Source: an uncultured Gammaproteobacteria bacterium (GTDB lineage: Bacteria > Patescibacteriota > Microgenomatia > UBA8517). From it: a stretch of 59,891 nucleotides of DNA. Positions 26,117 through 35,292 of the stretch are shown piece after piece; the stretch's first letter is position 1, and each line of letters opens with the position of its first letter. The notes beneath the pieces are model-generated. The model worked only from the letters and a program-made list of their open reading frames with translations, searched no databases and was not told the DNA's origin. The position numbers were made by a program, and so were the translations under genes. The DNA lies in assembly GCA_964494885.1 (NCBI GenBank), contig CAZBTH010000005.1:29277-89167 (forward strand). The letters are read 5' to 3'.

Positions 26117-26917
26117 TTAAATACTTGTATATAGAATTCCAAACATTGCGCCTATACCCTCAATTACTTTTACTGTTACCATTCCCAAAGACAAAAATGG
26201 ATGTGAAACTATCTTTCTCCATTTTTTAAAAAAGACCAGCCTTAAAACCAAATTGCCAAGACCTAAGATTTGCTCTGGATGTCTTTTTAAAAACGTTCCG
26301 GCATGAGAGGCATAATAGTATTTCTTTTTGGCTGACCTAAATGGAGAGAATTTGCCTTCATCGTGGTATATAAAACTTTTAATTCGGCCAATTTTGATTC
26401 CTGCTTTTCGCATTCTCAGCGGCAAATCGTAATCCTCTGGACCTGTTATGCCCGTATCATAACCGTTAAACTTTTTAAAAGTGGATTTTTTGAAAAATCT
26501 GGGAGCTTCAATCGTATCATCGCCTACATAAAATTCCCTTTCGAAAACTTTAAATTTTGTCCAAAAACCAATACCGAATGATTTCTCGGGGATGATGAGT
26601 GCCTCCACTTTGGGGTCTTTTGTAACTACACCGAAACAATCTTCCAACACACGTGGAGACAAGGTCATATCGGCATCCAACACAAGAACGTACTCGCCTC
26701 GTGATTTTTGCACACCATAATTCCTCTGAGCAGATCTTTCCGGCCCTTTATTAAAAACCCGAGCCCCAAACTTTCCTGCAATATCTTTTGTATCGTCGGT
26801 CGAGGCATTGTCAACCACAATTGTTTCAAAATCTCTATATGTTTGCCTCCTTAGACTCTCCAGAAATTTTGGTAAATGGAGAGATTCGTTTTTTGTAGTT
26901 ACTATTATTGAAGTCAT
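26117..26917 (-). CDS. Glycosyltransferase family 2 (GT-A)
   Basis: IIVTTKNESLHLPKFLESLRRQTYRDFETIVVDNASTDDT and VLDADM. An SD-like AAGGGA lies 5 nt upstream of the ATG. Confidence 0.9.
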   Translation of the reverse strand: MTSIIVTTKNESLHLPKFLESLRRQTYRDFETIVVDNASTDDTKDIAGKFGARVFNKGPERSAQRNYGVQKSRGEYVLVLDADMTLSPRVLEDCFGVVTKDPKVEALIIPEKSFGIGFWTKFKVFEREFYVGDDTIEAPRFFKKSTFKKFNGYDTGITGPEDYDLPLRMRKAGIKIGRIKSFIYHDEGKFSPFRSAKKKYYYASHAGTFLKRHPEQILGLGNLVLRLVFFKKWRKIVSHPFLSLGMVTVKVIEGIGAMFGILYTSI

Positions 26918-26932
26918 ATTTTTCCCTTGCTA

Positions 26933-26962
26933 TTGTAAAATGATACCACACTGGAATATAAT
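26933..26962 (+). promoter_or_regulatory. Sigma-70-like promoter: TTGTAA-18-TATAAT, 8 nt upstream of ATG 26971
   Basis: TTGTAA at 26933..26938, TATAAT at 26957..26962, then ccccttgt and ATG. No SD. Confidence 0.4.
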
Positions 26963-26970
26963 CCCCTTGT

Positions 26971-27471
26971 ATGACATCTTTTAAATTGCGTCTTTTGGCA
27001 GTATTTTCGGTCTTAGTTCTCTTCTTGTCAATCACCCCAGCCGTTTTTGCAGAGTCTCCGGAATCTTTTGGATTAACCCCCCAAAATACTCTCCCTGGAA
27101 GTTCCGGCTATTTGTTCAAAAGGGCAAAGGAGAAAGTAGCAGAAAAGTTTAAATTTTCCAAAAATTCAAAGTATGAGTACAGAAAATGGCTGCTTGAGAG
27201 AAGAGTGTCCGAATACGTAAGCCTTGTGGAAAAAAATGAACAAACACAAATCTCGGACGCCTCGCAAAGGTTGGCTTTTGAGGCAGGAATCCTTGCCGAA
27301 AGTTCTATCACAGAATCCAAGGAAAAGAAGTCCGAAATTATCAGTTTGTTTGAAAAATACAAGCCAATCCTTGGAAAGATGAGGGACAACTTCCCTGCCA
27401 ATACTCCCTACTGGCTCTTGTCTCAACAGGATGTTGACACTATGGATATTTTGACTGAAAAACTTAAGTAA
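26971..27471 (+). CDS. Secreted helical protein, DUF5667-like, hypothetical
   Basis: Signal peptide MTSFKLRLLAVFSVLVLFLSITPAVFA. LPGSSGYLFKRAKEKV resembles the P.S.LY.LKR..E.V motif of DUF5667 proteins. The stop overlaps the next ATG (TAATG). Confidence 0.7.
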   Translation: MTSFKLRLLAVFSVLVLFLSITPAVFAESPESFGLTPQNTLPGSSGYLFKRAKEKVAEKFKFSKNSKYEYRKWLLERRVSEYVSLVEKNEQTQISDASQRLAFEAGILAESSITESKEKKSEIISLFEKYKPILGKMRDNFPANTPYWLLSQQDVDTMDILTEKLK

Positions 27472-28415
27472 TGGCTAAGTTTCCGCAAATTTCATTTATT
27501 ATTCCTGCCAAAGACGAAGAAAAAACAATTTCACTTCTTTATTCTCAGATTGCTGACGAGATGAAAAAACTTCGTAAATCTTTCGAGATTATCTTTGTCG
27601 ATGACGGATCCACCGATTCAAGTTTCAGAGAAATGGCCAGAATCCACAAGAAGGACAAGAACGTAAAGATAATTAGGCACCGTGGCAACTTTGGAAAATC
27701 CATTTCCCTTCAAAGCGGTTTTGATGCCAGCCGCGGCGAAATGGTAATTACAATGGACGCCGATTTGCAGGACGACCCAAAGGAAATATCAAAATTTATT
27801 AAAAAAATTGAAGATGGTTACGACTTGGTATCGGGTTGGAAAAAGAAAAGATATGACCCATTAACAAAAACCATTCCTTCGAAAATGGGTAATTGGCTTA
27901 CCAGAAAACTTACGGGCGTAACAATTCATGACTTAAATTGCGGCTTTAAAGCCTACAGAAAAAGAGTTTTGACAAATATTCATCTTTATGGAGAACTATA
28001 CAAGTTCATACCAGTTCTTGTCGCACATCAAAATTTTAAAGTTACAGAGATCGTGGTATCTCACAAACCCAGAAAATTTGGTAAAAGCAAATTTGGCATA
28101 GAAAGAAATATTAAAGGTGTACTTGATTTAATAACGGTAGTTTTCCTTACCGGTTACATCCGGCGTCCAGGCCATTTTTTTGGATTTTGGGGTATGGTTT
28201 CGTTTTTTATCGGTTTCTTAATCGGTATCTATATCACCTATCTTAGAGTCACAACCGGTTCAATCCAATTTCGCCAACCACTATTGTTTTTGGGAATGCT
28301 CTTGATGATAATCGGTGTGCAACTTATATCTACTGGGCTGGTCGCCGAAATGATCGTCAGCTTAAATCAGAAAGGCCTGTCCAAAAATAAATATATTGAA
28401 GAAACAAGTCCTTAA
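27471..28415 (+). CDS. GT2 polyprenyl-phosphate sugar synthase (DPM1/GtrB/ArnC-like)
   Basis: FIIPAKDEEKTI, IFVDDGSTDSS and TMDADLQDDP, plus two C-terminal TM helices (FFGFWGMVSFFIGFLIGIYITYL and LLFLGMLLMIIGVQLISTGLVAEMIV). Confidence 0.9.
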   Translation: MAKFPQISFIIPAKDEEKTISLLYSQIADEMKKLRKSFEIIFVDDGSTDSSFREMARIHKKDKNVKIIRHRGNFGKSISLQSGFDASRGEMVITMDADLQDDPKEISKFIKKIEDGYDLVSGWKKKRYDPLTKTIPSKMGNWLTRKLTGVTIHDLNCGFKAYRKRVLTNIHLYGELYKFIPVLVAHQNFKVTEIVVSHKPRKFGKSKFGIERNIKGVLDLITVVFLTGYIRRPGHFFGFWGMVSFFIGFLIGIYITYLRVTTGSIQFRQPLLFLGMLLMIIGVQLISTGLVAEMIVSLNQKGLSKNKYIEETSP

Positions 28416-30565
28416 GGCAGAATTTTAAGCCCTGAAATTTGTATCCTCATATTTCTAAATACACAGGTGTCGTTCATTTGCGGATCAAATAATATATATC
28501 TAGTCTTTGTTCCTGGAAATAAAAACAAAAAATTTCCTTTTTTCCATTCAGCAGTCGTCGGAGGAACCTGTGCTGTGTCGGGCGGATCCATTTCCTTCGC
28601 CCAATTTTTGTTATCCAACGATAGAGCCATATATCCACCCTTTTGCACGCTACACCCTACATTACTATGCCAAATTTTCAAGCCCGTCAAAAAAATATCT
28701 TTCCCCATATCAATCCACAACTCCTTATTTGCTGTATTTTTTCTTAACAATGTCGAAGCCGGTTGATAATTTATTTCTTCACGAAACGCAGGCTTCGTGT
28801 GTTCAATATCATTTTTCCAAACCTTAACAAGCGGTACGCCGTCAACACTTGACACATAAACCGGATCCAAATATCTATCATAATATTGAAAACTATACCA
28901 ATATTTAAACGGCCACTCATAATCTAACTCGATTTCATATTCCCCTTCCCTCTTTGTACCGCTCCATGACCCGTTATAGTACTCTATGTCTTCACGTAAA
29001 CTGTTTCTGGCGATATTTGCCTGTGTCGCTATTGTCAAACCCAACCTTGCATTCGGTATAGCATTCTTATTAATCCAGTCAACACCCTGTTGATAAGCAT
29101 TTCCGTATGTGTTCCCCCAATACGGAATATTTTTACTTTTGGCCCCAGGCAAACCCCCGATCAATTGATTGAAATAAACATTTTCATTTGGATGTATTCT
29201 TACTATTTCATATGCCGAAAAAATCATAGAAACTAGAATTATGATTGAGATAAAGGTTTTGTATTTTGTGTATCTAAGTAAAGCGTAAGTCCCGATGCCT
29301 GCTTCTAGCGCCAACGCCGGAACATATTCCATAATCTGCCTTACTCCCCCATATATCCCCGCTCCCGGCCAAGAGACCCTTAAAATGGGTATAAATAGCC
29401 ACAGTAAAACCAGTAACGGGAAACTATCTTTTCTTTTAAATGTCAGGTAAACCGAATATATAATTCCCACCAGAGACAATAATAAAATCGGCACTTGGGT
29501 AGTATAAATAATCCACAGCGTAGGATAAGTGTTCCATTTGTGAATTAAATAAGAAGACATCTCAGCAGCTGTCCCTGTCCCGATCTGTCTATAAAAATCT
29601 AGTATGCGCATTGTGTTCCTAAATGGGTCTGACCATAGGTATGGCCACGAGGCGTAAACTATTCCCATTGCTATGGGGATATAGAGAATTAGCATCGCAA
29701 ACACGCTTTTTGATAAAAATATTTTTCTTGTTTCAAGATATTTCGTCGTTATAAAATAGACAAACCACGGGACAACAACTAGCGGCGCAAATGCAATGTT
29801 TAACTTCGTTCCTAAACCAAGACCTGCAAAAATTGAAGATACTAATACCAATTTCCATTTTTTTCTTGTGATACCAAAGAAAAGAAAAAGTAAAGTGAGG
29901 CCGTAATAAGAAGCAAGTGGTGGGTCCTTGATATTAAAATGTGATTCCGAAAAAAATAAGGGGTAGATTGCCAAGGATGCAGAAGCAACGAAAGCCGGTA
30001 ACGCACCGTAATTAATGTATGTAGCTATTCCGACCGCTAAAACTATCAGAAAACTTGTAAGCACTTCATATAAATGGTGAGAATCGAGGTCTCCCACCAA
30101 ATGAAGTCGTTGGTAGAAGACAGTGTTAGTTAACGCTGCCAAGATGTCATTAATCGGAGGATGCCCACCTTCATTCGCAATAATATAATTATAATTATAA
30201 GTATCGTGTTGATAGGTACTGCGCCACAATGAAAACAATCTGTGTTGATATTGGGCTGTTATGGCATCCTCATAAATTTTGCCCTTTATTTTTAAGGGGA
30301 GTGTATCGGTAGCACCACCCGGCGAGACGTCGCATTTGTTGTTTGCCCACGATGGACATTCACTGTTCACTCTCGGATATTTTGGTAAGGTTGAGTAGTC
30401 TTTTTCACCAGTCAAAAAAAAGTGTAAATATGCCTGGCCCCGCATAAAATGATAGGGTTCGTCCCAGTTAATTCCATAATCTTTAATCGTGCCAACACCA
30501 AAAATCAAAAACAGAACCGGTACAAACAGAATCGGAAAGAAGTATTTAATTAGAACTTTTTTCAT
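28412..30565 (-). CDS. GT-C membrane glycosyltransferase (ArnT/PMT-like) fused to a C-terminal discoidin (F5/8 type C)-like domain
   Basis: The first loop is GINWDEPYHFMRGQAYLHF, followed by about 12 TM. The C-terminal ~125 aa read ELWIDMGKDIFLTGLKIWHSN...MALSLDNKNWAKE...TKTRYILFDPQMNDTCVFRNMRIQISG, which matches the discoidin pattern. Confidence 0.85.
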   Translation of the reverse strand: MKKVLIKYFFPILFVPVLFLIFGVGTIKDYGINWDEPYHFMRGQAYLHFFLTGEKDYSTLPKYPRVNSECPSWANNKCDVSPGGATDTLPLKIKGKIYEDAITAQYQHRLFSLWRSTYQHDTYNYNYIIANEGGHPPINDILAALTNTVFYQRLHLVGDLDSHHLYEVLTSFLIVLAVGIATYINYGALPAFVASASLAIYPLFFSESHFNIKDPPLASYYGLTLLFLFFGITRKKWKLVLVSSIFAGLGLGTKLNIAFAPLVVVPWFVYFITTKYLETRKIFLSKSVFAMLILYIPIAMGIVYASWPYLWSDPFRNTMRILDFYRQIGTGTAAEMSSYLIHKWNTYPTLWIIYTTQVPILLLSLVGIIYSVYLTFKRKDSFPLLVLLWLFIPILRVSWPGAGIYGGVRQIMEYVPALALEAGIGTYALLRYTKYKTFISIIILVSMIFSAYEIVRIHPNENVYFNQLIGGLPGAKSKNIPYWGNTYGNAYQQGVDWINKNAIPNARLGLTIATQANIARNSLREDIEYYNGSWSGTKREGEYEIELDYEWPFKYWYSFQYYDRYLDPVYVSSVDGVPLVKVWKNDIEHTKPAFREEINYQPASTLLRKNTANKELWIDMGKDIFLTGLKIWHSNVGCSVQKGGYMALSLDNKNWAKEMDPPDTAQVPPTTAEWKKGNFLFLFPGTKTRYILFDPQMNDTCVFRNMRIQISGLKILP

Positions 30566-31202
30566 ATATTCCTATGGTACTCATGATGTCTAATTTACGT
30601 AATCTTTCTACAAAGCTCAGTTCTGTTAACGTTTCATAAAAATCGTCTTCTGTTTTCAACCAGTGTCTCATGAATTTTATCTCACCCAAATACGATATCC
30701 GCCGCTTTTTGAGGAAAGGGATATATTTGCTTATTGGCAACTCACAAACAGCGTCGTACAGACTTCTTATAATACTTTTGTGCGGTTCTATGAAACAAAG
30801 CCGTCCCTCCCTCTTTAAAACTCGATTGATTTCACTTAAAGCCTTACGATACTTCATGAAATGATGGAAAACCGAATCCACCAATACGACATCGAATGTT
30901 CCATCTTTAAACGGAAGTTTTTCAGCACTGGCTAAATAAAACTTGGCTTTCGGTGTTAGCCGCTTTGCGCTTTTGATAAGTGCCTCAGAAATATCAACAC
31001 CGAATATATTTTTAACACCTGTCTTATATAAGAGGTGGACATTAAGACCGTCCCCGCAACCCAAATCCAAAATTTTTTCTTTTTTCTTTATTCTAAAAAA
31101 ACGTAGTCTTCTTATTCTTTCCTCCGGATTGCGTCTTGTCTCGACACAGGCTTCTTCCCAATGCTTTGTCTGATCCCATGTGTTAATCGACTTTAATACC
31201 AT
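30546..31202 (-). CDS. Class I SAM-dependent methyltransferase
   Basis: ILDLGCGDGLNVHLL, FDVVLVDSVFHHF and LKREGRLCFIEP. Confidence 0.85.
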   Translation of the reverse strand: MVLKSINTWDQTKHWEEACVETRRNPEERIRRLRFFRIKKKEKILDLGCGDGLNVHLLYKTGVKNIFGVDISEALIKSAKRLTPKAKFYLASAEKLPFKDGTFDVVLVDSVFHHFMKYRKALSEINRVLKREGRLCFIEPHKSIIRSLYDAVCELPISKYIPFLKKRRISYLGEIKFMRHWLKTEDDFYETLTELSFVERLRKLDIMSTIGIYEKSSN

Positions 31203-31208
31203 TCAGTG

Positions 31209-31214
31209 ATTTTA
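31209..31214 (-). promoter_or_regulatory. -10-like TAAAAT, 6 nt upstream of ATG 31202
   Basis: The minus strand reads TAAAAT-cactga-ATG. Confidence 0.3.
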
Positions 31215-31299
31215 CACCAACAAACCGATCAAATTAAGTACCAAATACTCCTGTTTGACTAAATGAATTTTTATTTATACTATATGACCCTGAAAGGAT

Positions 31300-31305
31300 T
31301 ATAAT
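31300..31305 (+). promoter_or_regulatory. -10 TATAAT, 8 nt upstream of ATG 31314. An alternative upstream promoter is TTGACT (31255..31260)-17-TACTAT (31278..31283)
   Basis: Read directly: gatTATAATgtagcgacATG. Confidence 0.35.
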
Positions 31306-31313
31306 GTAGCGAC

Positions 31314-31715
31314 ATGAAAGTTGAGACAATAAAGGACGGAGCTAAAATATTAGCTATTATCATTAAAGGAACAAATACAAAAAATTATCAATTTTTTTCA
31401 CCTGAAAATTTCCCTTTACAAGTCGGCGCTGTTGGCAAAAAAAAAGGTGAAAAAATTCGTGCCCATTTACATAACGAGCCTGTAAGGACAGTCAGAATAA
31501 CGCAAGAATGTTTGTACATAGAAAAGGGCCGCGTAAAAGTTACAATTTACAATAAAAGAGGAAAGGTTGTGGCAAAAAGAATTTTAAAAGCTACTGATAA
31601 AATACTTTCGGCATCAGGGGGACACGGGTTTGAAATTCTCGAAGATACTGTCTTTTTTGAAGTTAAACAAGGCCCGTATCCGGGATACGACAAAGCTAAG
31701 ACTTATTTAGAATAA
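31314..31715 (+). CDS. Small cupin-fold protein, possibly WbuC-like
   Basis: 133 aa and beta-rich, with AHLHNEP...ECLYIEKGRVKV...GGHGFEILEDTVFFEVKQGPY. Small cupins of this type are common in O-antigen-like loci. The family assignment is tentative. Confidence 0.6.
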   Translation: MKVETIKDGAKILAIIIKGTNTKNYQFFSPENFPLQVGAVGKKKGEKIRAHLHNEPVRTVRITQECLYIEKGRVKVTIYNKRGKVVAKRILKATDKILSASGGHGFEILEDTVFFEVKQGPYPGYDKAKTYLE

Positions 31716-31722
31716 CCGATAG

Positions 31723-32961
31723 ATGATTAAGAAAGACAAAACTCCGGTTTTTATTATTTCCGGGAAATCTCCACTTTCAGCATCTGGTGGTGGGTATTCC
31801 AGTTTTGCTTTTAACCTTGCAAAGGTTATCAAAAAACTTGGACACCCTGTTTATATCGTCGCGCTAGGAAACGAAACTAAGCAAACTAAAATCGATGCAG
31901 GAAAGCTTCTTCTTTTTAAAGCAACTCTCCCACTCCTAAACGTAAATATTTACGCACTTCCAGGTTTGCCTATTTATTCGATTATTTTTGCACAAGGAAT
32001 TCAAAAAATTGCCGATCAAAATGGATACAAAAAATTCATAGTATGGGGAATCGGACCCTGGGGTCTGGCGGGCGCATTTCTAAAAATATTCTCAAAAAGT
32101 AAGGTCACCTTTTACAATAACTACTTTACAACAATACGACATGAGTGGTGGGGTGGTGTGAGAGCTCTCAGGGTCAAAGATTACGGTTTATGGCCGAAAA
32201 TTAAATACTTGGCTATTTACTTTACAGTCGCGCAATACCTGGCCTTATTAGAAAAAATAACACTAAAACGAACAGATAAGATTATTACCAATTACAGTTC
32301 AACAGAACGGATTATTAATAAAGAGTTCGGCATTGACTTCAAAAAATTCTACAGAACCCATTCGTATGTTCAAATATATAAAAGGCGTGTCAAGATTGGT
32401 AATTCAAATGATTTTACAAAATTACCTGCAAAATATTTATTTTTCTTTTCCAGACAGGATCCCAGGAAAGGGGTAAATTTTCTACTTCATGCAATGAAGA
32501 TTTTATCTGAACGAGATTTCAAAACCCCTCTGATCATTGCTGGCGGTGGCGATATGCTTAAATACAACATGCAGCTTGCCGCGAAACTCAAAATTGAAAA
32601 GACTGTCAAATTCTTGGGATTTGTTAACGATACTGAACCACTTATGAAGGGGTGCGCCCTATTCGCTTTTCCTTCAATTGAGGAGGGCTCTAGTGCCCTA
32701 ACTATTCACGAAGCAATGGAAATGGGCTTGCCTATAGTTACAACTGCATGCGACGGTATAGTAGAGGATATCAAAAATGGAAAATCGGGAATCCTTGTGC
32801 CAATGGAGAATCCGGAGGCAATGGCGAACGCAATTGAAGATATAATTAGAAACCCGAACCTGGCCAAAAAACTGGGGAGAGGAGCGAAAGAGGCTTATAA
32901 AAAAACATTTAATTCAAACCTTGTAAAGCGGGGATTAGGAAAGTTGCTCCAAAAAATATGA
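31723..32961 (+). CDS. Glycosyltransferase family 4 (GT-B)
   Basis: N-terminal SGGGYSSFAFNLAKV and C-terminal FPSIEEGSSALTIHEAMEMGLPIVTTACDGIVEDIKNGKSGILV. Confidence 0.9.
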   Translation: MIKKDKTPVFIISGKSPLSASGGGYSSFAFNLAKVIKKLGHPVYIVALGNETKQTKIDAGKLLLFKATLPLLNVNIYALPGLPIYSIIFAQGIQKIADQNGYKKFIVWGIGPWGLAGAFLKIFSKSKVTFYNNYFTTIRHEWWGGVRALRVKDYGLWPKIKYLAIYFTVAQYLALLEKITLKRTDKIITNYSSTERIINKEFGIDFKKFYRTHSYVQIYKRRVKIGNSNDFTKLPAKYLFFFSRQDPRKGVNFLLHAMKILSERDFKTPLIIAGGGDMLKYNMQLAAKLKIEKTVKFLGFVNDTEPLMKGCALFAFPSIEEGSSALTIHEAMEMGLPIVTTACDGIVEDIKNGKSGILVPMENPEAMANAIEDIIRNPNLAKKLGRGAKEAYKKTFNSNLVKRGLGKLLQKI

Positions 32962-33716
32962 ATACCACATTAGGCAACGTAGATTACTCGATAGCGCATA
33001 CAGAAATCCTTGGTAAGTCCGACAGGGTGCGAGTTGCAAAACAGTTACTTACAATTGTCCAAGTACACCTCAAGCACAAAAATTTAAAGTCATTCCTGGT
33101 CCTTGATATTGGATGCTCCAGTGGGATAATCACTCGGGAAATTGCAAAGCATAGCAGAAAAGTGATCGGCATAGATGTTGACGGGAATGCAATAAAGAAA
33201 GCTGCCGTAGATTTTAGGTCGGTTAAAAATTTAAAATTTAAGGTGGCAAAGGGTGAAAAAATTCCGTTCAGGAAGAATTGCTTTGACATTGTTTTCTGCA
33301 ATCAAGTTTATTCCTATGTATCAAATCCCCACAAAATGATGCTTGAAATTAAACGGGTTTTAAAGCCGGGAGGAATATGTTTATTTACAGGTGATAATTT
33401 ACTACGTCCTGTTGAACCGCTATATAGACTGCCACTTATCCGATTACTCCCAAAAAACATAACTAAATACATTCTGAGTATTTCTGGTTACAAATCATAT
33501 TACATTGGAAGTTATAAAAGTTATTGGGGTTTGAAAAAACTTTGCAATAATTTCGTAATTGAAGACTATACTCTAGAAGTTATAAAACACCCGAAAAAAT
33601 ATAAATTTAGTAAAATTTTAAAATACGAAAAGCTAATAAATTTTACTCCATCTTTAATATTGAAACTTCTTGAGCCATTCTTGCCGACGTTTATATTTAT
33701 ATTGAAGAAAAATTAG
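32958..33716 (+). CDS. Class I SAM-dependent methyltransferase
   Basis: VLDIGCSSGIITREIA, FDIVFCNQVYSYVSNP and LKPGGICLFTG. ATGA overlap with the upstream GT4. Confidence 0.85.
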   Translation: MNTTLGNVDYSIAHTEILGKSDRVRVAKQLLTIVQVHLKHKNLKSFLVLDIGCSSGIITREIAKHSRKVIGIDVDGNAIKKAAVDFRSVKNLKFKVAKGEKIPFRKNCFDIVFCNQVYSYVSNPHKMMLEIKRVLKPGGICLFTGDNLLRPVEPLYRLPLIRLLPKNITKYILSISGYKSYYIGSYKSYWGLKKLCNNFVIEDYTLEVIKHPKKYKFSKILKYEKLINFTPSLILKLLEPFLPTFIFILKKN

Positions 33717-34840
33717 TGGCCGGCATTAACAACTTTGTTTAACAATAGTAGACTTTTCGCCCTGGAGACCGTCCAAGAAAAATTTTTACTCCAAGACATG
33801 GAACCTCTTTGAAGTTTTTCATACAGTTTATTATTTTCGAAAAGCGAGATTGTTACATTTGCGATTTCTTCCGGTGAGTTTCTTGTGACTATAACTCCAC
33901 TTTGCCCGTCTTTGACCGAATCCACCAATCCAGAAGATTTATATGCAATGACCGGAGTTCCGACCGCATTTGCCTCAATATTCACAAGCCCCCAACCTTC
34001 ATGAGCTGACGGATTTACCAAAACGTGACTTTTTGCCAGTAGCTCAAACTTCTTAGCATCCGTTACCCTTCCCCAGAATTTTACTTTATCCTTTAAGCCC
34101 AAGTCAGAGATCTTTGATTTTATTTTTTTGAAATAATCTTCAGTTTCCGGTTTACCAATAATCCAGAAATTATATTCACCTGTTTTATCCAATAGAGAAA
34201 AGCACTCGATAGCATCTTCGATTCCCTTGTCCTTTGCTAAAGTTCCCAAAAATGTTACTGTTTTGATCTTAGGTCTACGATCTACGATCTTAGACCTTGG
34301 AAGGATTACCCCATGGGGTACAATTGTAATATTTTTAAGTGGGATTCCAAATTTTGAAACTTCAATTTTTGCCGATTCGGATCCGGTCATAAACTGGACT
34401 TTCTTATATATGAGAAAAATAAACGGTTCAAAGATAAAGCCAATCGCACCAATTATCAAATTCATAGGAAACGGCAATGGGTTTAGAAGCCAAACTTTAC
34501 CTGCCACCTCTTGAATAAGAGCTAATTTTGGTTTTCTAACGTATAACGGGGTGAAAAAGGGAATACCGTGGAACTGATCGACAACCAGATCTACATCTTT
34601 TCTGTTTTTGAAATAGTAATAAATAGCAGCTATTTGGACCCCCAAATACTGATATCCGGATCTTACTATTTTTATTCCATCTATGTTTTCTTCAGTTGCC
34701 GAATCTTCAAACCGCGACGAAAACCAAACAATATCGTTACCTGCATTATACCACCCCTTTGCATGCTCCCAAACACTCTGCTCAGCCCCACCTGCCAGGG
34801 GATGTTTCGGATCGCGCCAAGATAAGATCAATACTCTCAT
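33713..34840 (-). CDS. Glycosyltransferase family 4 (GT-B)
   Basis: MRVLILSWRDPKHPLAGGAEQ and NPSAHEGWGLVNIEANAVGTPVIAYKSSGLVDSVKDGQSGVIV (E-x7-E). Confidence 0.9.
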   Translation of the reverse strand: MRVLILSWRDPKHPLAGGAEQSVWEHAKGWYNAGNDIVWFSSRFEDSATEENIDGIKIVRSGYQYLGVQIAAIYYYFKNRKDVDLVVDQFHGIPFFTPLYVRKPKLALIQEVAGKVWLLNPLPFPMNLIIGAIGFIFEPFIFLIYKKVQFMTGSESAKIEVSKFGIPLKNITIVPHGVILPRSKIVDRRPKIKTVTFLGTLAKDKGIEDAIECFSLLDKTGEYNFWIIGKPETEDYFKKIKSKISDLGLKDKVKFWGRVTDAKKFELLAKSHVLVNPSAHEGWGLVNIEANAVGTPVIAYKSSGLVDSVKDGQSGVIVTRNSPEEIANVTISLFENNKLYEKLQRGSMSWSKNFSWTVSRAKSLLLLNKVVNAGH

Positions 34841-34844
34841 TGAT

Positions 34845-34914
34845 GTATGATATAAGATTTACGATATAAGATGTATGACATAAGATATACGATCTAAGAT
34901 TTATGAGATTTGAT
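34845..34914. repeat. About five tandem copies of a degenerate 14-bp unit (nTAyGAyATAAGAT)
   Basis: The units are gtatgatataagat | ttacgatataagat | gtatgacataagat | atacgatctaagat | ttatgagatttgat. TAAGAT recurs at an exact 14-nt period (34853, 34867, 34881, 34895). The array spans the 5' region of the GT4 gene and the 3' end of the four-helix-bundle gene. Confidence 0.7.
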
Positions 34915-35268
34915 ATATCTTATCAGCCCTCCGAGTAACGCTCCAACATTATTACACTGATTGAGTAAATTTTCATAGTCAAAAATTTTGATATATCCAA
35001 GATCTCTGGCCAACAAAAGGTGGTATTTTGTTTCTTCCAATGAACCTTTTGCCGTATATAAGAACTGCAAATATTCGGTCTTGTGTTGTCTGGAGTTTCC
35101 CTCAACTATGTTGGCTGCAACAGAAGAAACAGATCTGCACACCTGGTCTATCAATCTATATCTTTCATCTGATGGAAACTTTTTAGTTATTCTATATACA
35201 TTAACAACTAGCCCGTGGGCTTCCTGCCAAACTTTTAAATCTTCAAACTTATTTTTTACAGAAACCAT
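34894..35268 (-). CDS. Four-helix-bundle protein (23S rRNA intervening-sequence protein / Avd-like family)
   Basis: FEDLKVWQEAHGLVVNVYRITKKFPSDERYRLIDQVCRSVSSVAANIVEGNSRQHKTEYLQFLYTAKGSLEETKYHLLLARDLGYI is the textbook pattern of this family. Confidence 0.9.
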   Translation of the reverse strand: MVSVKNKFEDLKVWQEAHGLVVNVYRITKKFPSDERYRLIDQVCRSVSSVAANIVEGNSRQHKTEYLQFLYTAKGSLEETKYHLLLARDLGYIKIFDYENLLNQCNNVGALLGGLIRYIKSHKS

Positions 35269-35292
35269 ATATCTTACATCTTAAATCATATA

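Noticed and set aside
34845-34914. Whether the 14-bp tandem repeat could be a CRISPR array.
   Set aside because: The units are directly adjacent with no spacers, only 14 bp long and degenerate. No cas genes are present.
34894-35268. The Avd-like four-helix-bundle gene as evidence of a diversity-generating retroelement.
   Set aside because: The window contains no reverse transcriptase ORF, and I see no template/variable repeat pair with adenine-specific differences. The gene is treated as an orphan family member.
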